Below are positions 28,689 through 34,516 of a stretch of DNA of 64,000 nucleotides, in pieces; positions within the stretch are counted from its first letter, which is position 1; each line of letters starts with the position of its first letter. The notes beneath the pieces were generated by a model. It worked only from the letters and a program-made list of their open reading frames with translations. It was not told the origin of the DNA and made no database searches. The stretch covers positions 18,197 through 82,196 of the forward strand of contig JAJDCA010000018.1 in assembly GCA_029261055.1 (NCBI GenBank), read 5' to 3'. The translations under genes and the position numbers were made by a program. The stretch comes from Candidatus Omnitrophota bacterium. GTDB lineage: Bacteria; Omnitrophota; Gorgyraeia; Zapsychrales; Zapsychraceae.

Positions 28689-30611
28689 TTAATTTTGTGC
28701 TGCCACCGCTTTTTCGCGATTATCTTTAGCTTCTTGATTGGTAGGGTCGATTTGCAGGGCTTTATCAAAATCTTCAATAGCTAAATCAAGGCGGCCGCTG
28801 AGGCCGTGGGTCGCGCCGCGGTTGTTGTACGCCTGCAGGTAATTCGGCTTAATGGCTAAAGCTTGCGTGTAATCTTTAATGGCTAAATCGTATTTTTCCT
28901 TTAATCTTAATGTGTTTGCTCTATTGTAATAAGCTTCAGCGTAGTTGGGCTTAATCCTGATGGCACGGCTAAAATCAGCAATGGCCAGATTGTGGCGCGC
29001 CTGCAATCCATACACAAAACCGCGGTTATTAAATGCCTCATAATAATCACGATTAATTGTCACCGCCTTTGTAAAATCCGTAACGGCTTGATCGTAATCA
29101 TGCAGCTGATGATGCACATTGCCTCTATTATTGTAGGCCTCAGAATATTCGGGGTTAATGATGAGCGCCTGATCCAAATAATGCTTCGCCTGGGCATAGG
29201 CCCCGCGACTTAAATACGCGCAACCCAAATTAAAATGCGGTCGCGCTTTTTGGGGCGACTTCGCTACGACATCTGCCCACAAGGCCACTGGATCAGCCCA
29301 AATTTTATTACGTTGCACCGTCAAATAGGCAAAGACGGCAATGATCACGCAACATACTGCTACGTACTTTTTAATATTCTTCATCACCGCAAAAAGCCCT
29401 GCGCTTAGCGCAATAGAAAACCCGACTAACGGCAAATAAAGTTTGTGCTCAAAAATAATATTACGCCGCGGAATAAAATTGGGTGTCAGTGTCAGAAGAA
29501 ACCAAAATAGGCCAAAAGCCACCAGAGGATGCCGTTTGCGTATTTTCCAGGCAGCCACCAGGAGGCTGAAAATCAGGACGATGCTCAACAGAACCGACCA
29601 TTCAAAAATACTTTGCGACAAAGCAAAATCATAATCCAAATTTTGCCCGATGGGAAAAAGCGTTAGGCGAATAAACGTCGCCAACACACGAAACTGCGTT
29701 AGGACGTAAGGCCAAAACGTAATCACATCCCCAACGTGCGACTCCGACATTTTTGCTCCAAATAATAATCCGGAAATATTAAAAGAAAATACGGCGGGAA
29801 TGATTAGACAAAACAACAGTAGACAAACCGTAAACGAACCTCGTAGGTTCGGAAATCCGAACCTACGAGGTTCGTTTAGGGTTAACTCCACCCAAATAAT
29901 AGTCAACGGCAACGTAATCACAATTTCTTTAGTAAACATACCCAGAATAGCGGCAACGGCAGCTCCAAGAAAATAAGGAATACGTCTCCAAGTTTTAGTC
30001 ATCCGTCGTTTGTCATCAGTCGCCAGTATTTTGGCTTTTTCTGAAAGCTGAAGACTGACGTCTGATAGCTGATGGCTAACACGTCCCTTCATGTAAAGAC
30101 ACACCACCAACAAATAAAACATCGTCGCCAAAGATGCAAATCGCTGCGTAATGTACGCTACGGCTTGAGTCTGTACAGGATGACACAAAAAAATCAACGC
30201 GGCAAACAACGCGACGGTCGAACCGTAAACACACCCCGGGGGTCTGTTTACGGTACAAGACCTCAAACAGACCCCCGGGGTGTGTTTACGGTTACTAGCC
30301 CCAACAAGCATCCCCCCCAACCACCAGACCAACAGAGCATTAATCACATGAATCACGACATTCGTCATATGGTACCCAAACACATCCAGCCCATGAAAAT
30401 AATAATTCAACGCAAACGAATAAAAGGCCACAAACCTCGACGGCTGCTCCAAATATGTCGCAATCGATTTGACATTCCCTAAACTCCGAATACTTTCATT
30501 AGTGACAATAAAAACTTGATCATCAAATTGGAAAGGCGCCTGCAATGTATTGGCATACATCCATCCCCCTATGATCACAATAAGGGCGATGGCTAAAAAT
30601 TTCTTAATCAT
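28689..30611 (-). CDS. Paralog 9: PMT/TMTC-like membrane domain + TPR repeats
   Basis: PFQFDD, EQPSRFVAFYSFALNYYFH. Start refined to MIKKF (ATG 30611), preceded by GGAGG. Confidence 0.6.
   Translation of the reverse strand: MIKKFLAIALIVIIGGWMYANTLQAPFQFDDQVFIVTNESIRSLGNVKSIATYLEQPSRFVAFYSFALNYYFHGLDVFGYHMTNVVIHVINALLVWWLGGMLVGASNRKHTPGVCLRSCTVNRPPGCVYGSTVALFAALIFLCHPVQTQAVAYITQRFASLATMFYLLVVCLYMKGRVSHQLSDVSLQLSEKAKILATDDKRRMTKTWRRIPYFLGAAVAAILGMFTKEIVITLPLTIIWVELTLNEPRRFGFPNLRGSFTVCLLLFCLIIPAVFSFNISGLLFGAKMSESHVGDVITFWPYVLTQFRVLATFIRLTLFPIGQNLDYDFALSQSIFEWSVLLSIVLIFSLLVAAWKIRKRHPLVAFGLFWFLLTLTPNFIPRRNIIFEHKLYLPLVGFSIALSAGLFAVMKNIKKYVAVCCVIIAVFAYLTVQRNKIWADPVALWADVVAKSPQKARPHFNLGCAYLSRGAYAQAKHYLDQALIINPEYSEAYNNRGNVHHQLHDYDQAVTDFTKAVTINRDYYEAFNNRGFVYGLQARHNLAIADFSRAIRIKPNYAEAYYNRANTLRLKEKYDLAIKDYTQALAIKPNYLQAYNNRGATHGLSGRLDLAIEDFDKALQIDPTNQEAKDNREKAVAAQN
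29826..29883. repeat. In-frame hairpin cassette, site 2 of paralog 9 (same type as paralog 8 site 2; 1 mismatch)
   Basis: aaccgtaaacgaacctcgtaggttcgga aa tccgaacctacgaggttcgtttagggtt. Confidence 0.8.
30005..30083. repeat. Heptamer ctgaNNN repeat / inverted-repeat cassette, site 0 of paralog 9
   Basis: ...tcatcagtcgccag tattttggcttttt ctgaaag ctgaaga ctgacgt ctgatag ctgatgg...; encodes SEKAKILATDDKRR. Confidence 0.55.
30223..30291. repeat. In-frame hairpin cassette, site 1 of paralog 9 (27-bp stem, loop acggtacaagacctc)
   Basis: ccgtaaacacaccccgggggtctgttt ... aaacagacccccggggtgtgtttacgg. Confidence 0.85.
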
Positions 30612-32631
30612 TCGGTAAAACCTCCATGGCCTTACGCACCCAAGCACGTTGTTGCTGAGCTTTAGCGTAACCGGGATCAATCGCTAAAGCACGGTTGTAA
30701 TCTTCCAAGGCCAAGGCGTATTGTTTTTGGTGTGCATAAATATTACCCCGGTTAAAATACGCTTCTTTAAAATTCAGATTAATCGCAATCGCCTTATTGT
30801 AATCCCACAAAGCTAAATCCTGCAACTGTTGCGCCGCAAAAATACCACCACGATTGCTGTAAGCTTGCGCGTTACGCGGATCTATTTTAATCGCAGCACC
30901 ATAATCTTTAAGGGCCTTTTCATATTGCCCTAAAGAAAAATACACATTCGCCCGGTTAACGTATCGACTGGCATTCGCCGGATTCAAAACAATCGCCGCA
31001 TCAAAATCGACCAAAGCCAAATCATATTTCTTTTGTATCTGATAAATGACCCCCCGGTTATTATGTGCAATAGCCGATTCCGAATCAATCAAAAGCGCCT
31101 GCGTAAAATCAGCCAAAGCTAAATCATAACGTCGTTCCATTTGATAAACAGATCCCCGATTATTGTAGGCCGACACATTATTGGGATTAAGCATCAAAGC
31201 TTGATTGAGATGCGTCAAAGCCAAACCCGTATCCCTCCTCTGCAAATAATACACCTTCCCTAAATTATTATGCGGCCGCGATTTGTGCGGCGACTTTTGT
31301 ACCACATCTTCCCACAACGTAATTTCATTGTTCCAAACTTTATTTCGCTGAAACGTCAAACACGAAAAAATAATAATCACACCAGACACAACGGAAACAA
31401 ACATTCTGGAATTTCTAATTAAAGAATACATCCCTGCTGTCAACGCCAAACACAGCCCAACGCTTGGCAAATACATGCGATGTTCAAATATGACATCCGC
31501 AATCGGAATAAAACTGGACTCCACCGACAGCGTAAGGAAAAACCAAATAATGCCTAGTGTCACAAGCTTATTACGTGTACGCATCCAAATCGCAAATCCA
31601 AATAACACAATACATGTCAGCATACTTAACAAAGTCGGCCATTCAAAAATACTGTACGCCAAAGGAAAGTCATAATCAAGATTCTGTCCAACTGGAAACA
31701 GGAATAATTTTAAATACGTTACCAGCACTTTAAACTGCGTCAAAAAGTACACCGATCGTGTCATTGTCGCCACGCCACTGGCTTCAGACATACTTTCCTG
31801 AGCCAACACTCCCGACAAATTAAACGAATACAAACAAGGAATAATTACAGCAAATGACAATATCAAAACAATGTAATACCATGGGACATCAATAATTCTT
31901 TTCGATCCTTCCCTCCTAAAAAAATAAAACTCCAACACAAGAATCATAAACGGCAGCGTAAACACAATTTCCTTACTGAACATACCCAGCACAGCCGCGA
32001 TCGCAGCTCCCACAAAACGTACAGACGCGATTAATCGCGTCTCTGCACATCGTCCTTTCATGTAAAGACACACCGAAAGCAAATAAAACATCGTTCCCAA
32101 CAGCGTAAACCGCTGCGCAATGTACGTCACCGCCTGCGTCTGCACGGGGTGACACAAAAAAATAAACGTTGCACACAGAGCGACGGTCGAACCGTAAACA
32201 CACCTCGGGGGTGTGTTTTTGATTTTTCGCCGTAAACACACCCCCGAGGTGTGTTTACGGTTAATGCTCCGAACACCCATCCCCACCAACCACCACACAA
32301 GCAAAGCATTAATCACATGAATCCCCACATTCACCACATGATACCCAAACACATCCAACTTATGAAAATGGTAATTCACCGCAAAACTCAAATACGGAAT
32401 CAAGCGTCGCGCCGACACCCCGAGTGTATGATCCATCAAATGCTTCGTCGTATTGGTCCATGCAATTGCAATATTAAAAACATCCCTGATCTGCGGATTT
32501 TCCACAATGACACGCGTATCATCAAAATGGAAAGAACTATGAAAAGTGTTAGCGTAAATAGCTCCGCCTAAAATACAAATAATGAATACAAAAAATAATT
32601 TGTTAATTCTCATATTTAAATATTTAATCAT
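30604..32631 (-). CDS. Paralog 10: PMT/TMTC-like membrane domain + TPR repeats (divergent N-terminal motif SFHFDDTRVIVENPQIRD)
   Basis: Same architecture; shares long near-identical stretches with paralog 11 (SVESSFIPIADVIFEHRMYLPSVGLCLA). Start uncertain: 32631, 32613 or 32685. Confidence 0.55.
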   Translation of the reverse strand: MIKYLNMRINKLFFVFIICILGGAIYANTFHSSFHFDDTRVIVENPQIRDVFNIAIAWTNTTKHLMDHTLGVSARRLIPYLSFAVNYHFHKLDVFGYHVVNVGIHVINALLVWWLVGMGVRSINRKHTSGVCLRRKIKNTPPRCVYGSTVALCATFIFLCHPVQTQAVTYIAQRFTLLGTMFYLLSVCLYMKGRCAETRLIASVRFVGAAIAAVLGMFSKEIVFTLPFMILVLEFYFFRREGSKRIIDVPWYYIVLILSFAVIIPCLYSFNLSGVLAQESMSEASGVATMTRSVYFLTQFKVLVTYLKLFLFPVGQNLDYDFPLAYSIFEWPTLLSMLTCIVLFGFAIWMRTRNKLVTLGIIWFFLTLSVESSFIPIADVIFEHRMYLPSVGLCLALTAGMYSLIRNSRMFVSVVSGVIIIFSCLTFQRNKVWNNEITLWEDVVQKSPHKSRPHNNLGKVYYLQRRDTGLALTHLNQALMLNPNNVSAYNNRGSVYQMERRYDLALADFTQALLIDSESAIAHNNRGVIYQIQKKYDLALVDFDAAIVLNPANASRYVNRANVYFSLGQYEKALKDYGAAIKIDPRNAQAYSNRGGIFAAQQLQDLALWDYNKAIAINLNFKEAYFNRGNIYAHQKQYALALEDYNRALAIDPGYAKAQQQRAWVRKAMEVLPND
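32023..32042. repeat. 20-bp perfect ATTAAT palindrome, site 0 of paralog 10
   Basis: agacgcgattaatcgcgtct. Confidence 0.75.
32192..32260. repeat. In-frame hairpin cassette, site 1 of paralog 10 (27-bp perfect stem)
   Basis: ccgtaaacacacctcgggggtgtgttt / 15-nt loop / aaacacacccccgaggtgtgtttacgg. Confidence 0.85.
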
Positions 32632-34516
32632 ATCCACCCATACAATCTGCGTACATACTTTCAAGCATTTTACCCTTACGATCAATCTCTTTGACTTTAA
32701 CAGTGTTACCCAACGCTTGACAAGTATTCACAAGATGAAGATAAGATTTCTTGAAATCAGGATTTATTTTTAAAGCCTTTTTGTAATATTTCATTGCCAA
32801 TGCATGTTGATGTTTGGCGCCATAAATTAACCCAATATTATCGTAAGTCGTCGTCAAATTGGGATTTAACTTAACCGCCATTTCGTAATCAGCCAAGGCT
32901 TTGTCATACTGCTGCGTAAGATGATATGCCGTCCCTCGATTATTGTACGTTACGGCAGATGTTGGGTTTAAAACCAATGCCCGATCATAATCTCTAATGG
33001 CCAAACCATACCTCCCCTTTTTCTCAAAAAAATGCCCTCTATTGGTGTATGCTTTAACATGGTAAGGATCAATATGTAAGGCCTTATTGAAATGCGCTAG
33101 TGCTAAATCATATTTACTTTCTTTCAAATACGCGGCCCCTAAAATACCGTGACCTCTTGCTTTATTTGGCGATTTTTTCACCACATCTTCCCACAACGTC
33201 ATTTCATTGTTCCAAACTTTGTTTCGCTGAAACGTTAAATAAGAAAAAACAATCACAATCACACACGCAACCGTTACAAGCGCTCTGGAATTTTTTATGA
33301 AAACTAACAGCCCAGCTGTAAACGCCAAACACAGCCCAACGCTTGGCAAATACATGCGATGTTCAAATATGACATCCGCGATCGGAATAAAACTGGACTC
33401 CACCGACAACGTCAGAAAAAACCAAATAATGCCCAACGAAACAAGGCGATGACGTGAAAACAATTTTACGGCTGCACCTAACAATACAACGCACATCATC
33501 ATACTCAAAAAAGTCGACCATTCAAAAATACTTTGCGCCAAAGGAAAATCATAATCAAGATTTTGCCCGACTGGAAACAGGAATAACTTTAAATAAGCCA
33601 ACACCACTTTAAACTGCGTCAAAAAATAAACCGACCGCGTCATCGCCGCCACGCCACTGGATTCAGACACACTTTCCTGAGCCAACACTCCCGACAAATT
33701 AAACGAATACAAACAAGGAACAATTACAGCAAATGACAATATCAAAACAATGTAATACCACGGAACATCAATAATTCTTTTCGATCCTTCCTTTCTAAAA
33801 AAATAAAACTCCAACACAAGAATCATAAACGGCAGCGTAAACACAATTTCCTTACTGAACATACCCAGCACAGCCGCGACAGCAGCCCCCACAAAACGTA
33901 CAGACGCGATTAATCGCGTCTCTGCACATCGTCCTTTCATGTAAAGACACACCGAAAGCAAATAAAACATCGCCCCCAACAACGTAAACCGCTGCGCAAT
34001 GTACGTCACCGCCTGCGTCTGCAGAGGATGACACAGAAAAATCAAGGCTGCACACAAAGCGACTGTCGAACCGTAAACGAACCTCGGGGGTTCGGATTTC
34101 GGGAATTCAGATTTCCGAACCCCCGAGGTTCGTTTACGGTTAAAAATCTTCACCACCATCCCCACCAACCACCACACAAGCAAAGCATTCACCACATGAA
34201 TCCCTACATTCACCACATGATACCCAAACACATCCAACTTATGAAAATGGTAATTCACCGCAAACGTCAAAAACGGAATAAGCCGTCGTGCAGACAACCC
34301 CTGCGTATGCTCAAGCAAATGCTTGGTGGTATCCATCCACACAACCTTAATATTTTGAATATTTCTAATCTGCGGATTCTCCACAATGACACGCGTGTCG
34401 TCAAAATGAAAAGTGCTGTGGAAGGTGTTGGCGTAAATAATAATGCCGAGGCAAACAAGAAAAATAGCAGGAAAAAACTTTTTAATCCCCTGACATAATG
34501 TTAGATGGACTTTCAT
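32624..34516 (-). CDS. Paralog 11: PMT/TMTC-like membrane domain + TPR repeats
   Basis: TFHFDDTRVIVENPQIRN; close duplicate of paralog 10 in the membrane domain. Start uncertain: 34516, 34555 or 34576. Confidence 0.55.
   Translation of the reverse strand: MKVHLTLCQGIKKFFPAIFLVCLGIIIYANTFHSTFHFDDTRVIVENPQIRNIQNIKVVWMDTTKHLLEHTQGLSARRLIPFLTFAVNYHFHKLDVFGYHVVNVGIHVVNALLVWWLVGMVVKIFNRKRTSGVRKSEFPKSEPPRFVYGSTVALCAALIFLCHPLQTQAVTYIAQRFTLLGAMFYLLSVCLYMKGRCAETRLIASVRFVGAAVAAVLGMFSKEIVFTLPFMILVLEFYFFRKEGSKRIIDVPWYYIVLILSFAVIVPCLYSFNLSGVLAQESVSESSGVAAMTRSVYFLTQFKVVLAYLKLFLFPVGQNLDYDFPLAQSIFEWSTFLSMMMCVVLLGAAVKLFSRHRLVSLGIIWFFLTLSVESSFIPIADVIFEHRMYLPSVGLCLAFTAGLLVFIKNSRALVTVACVIVIVFSYLTFQRNKVWNNEMTLWEDVVKKSPNKARGHGILGAAYLKESKYDLALAHFNKALHIDPYHVKAYTNRGHFFEKKGRYGLAIRDYDRALVLNPTSAVTYNNRGTAYHLTQQYDKALADYEMAVKLNPNLTTTYDNIGLIYGAKHQHALAMKYYKKALKINPDFKKSYLHLVNTCQALGNTVKVKEIDRKGKMLESMYADCMGGYD
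33902..33921. repeat. 20-bp perfect ATTAAT palindrome, site 0 of paralog 11
   Basis: agacgcgattaatcgcgtct. Confidence 0.75.
34069..34141. repeat. In-frame hairpin cassette with internal partial duplication, site 1 of paralog 11
   Basis: aaccgtaaacgaacctcgggggttcgga tttcgggaattcagattt tccgaacccccgaggttcgtttacggtt; encodes KSEFPKSEPP (duplicated KSEP). Confidence 0.8.
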
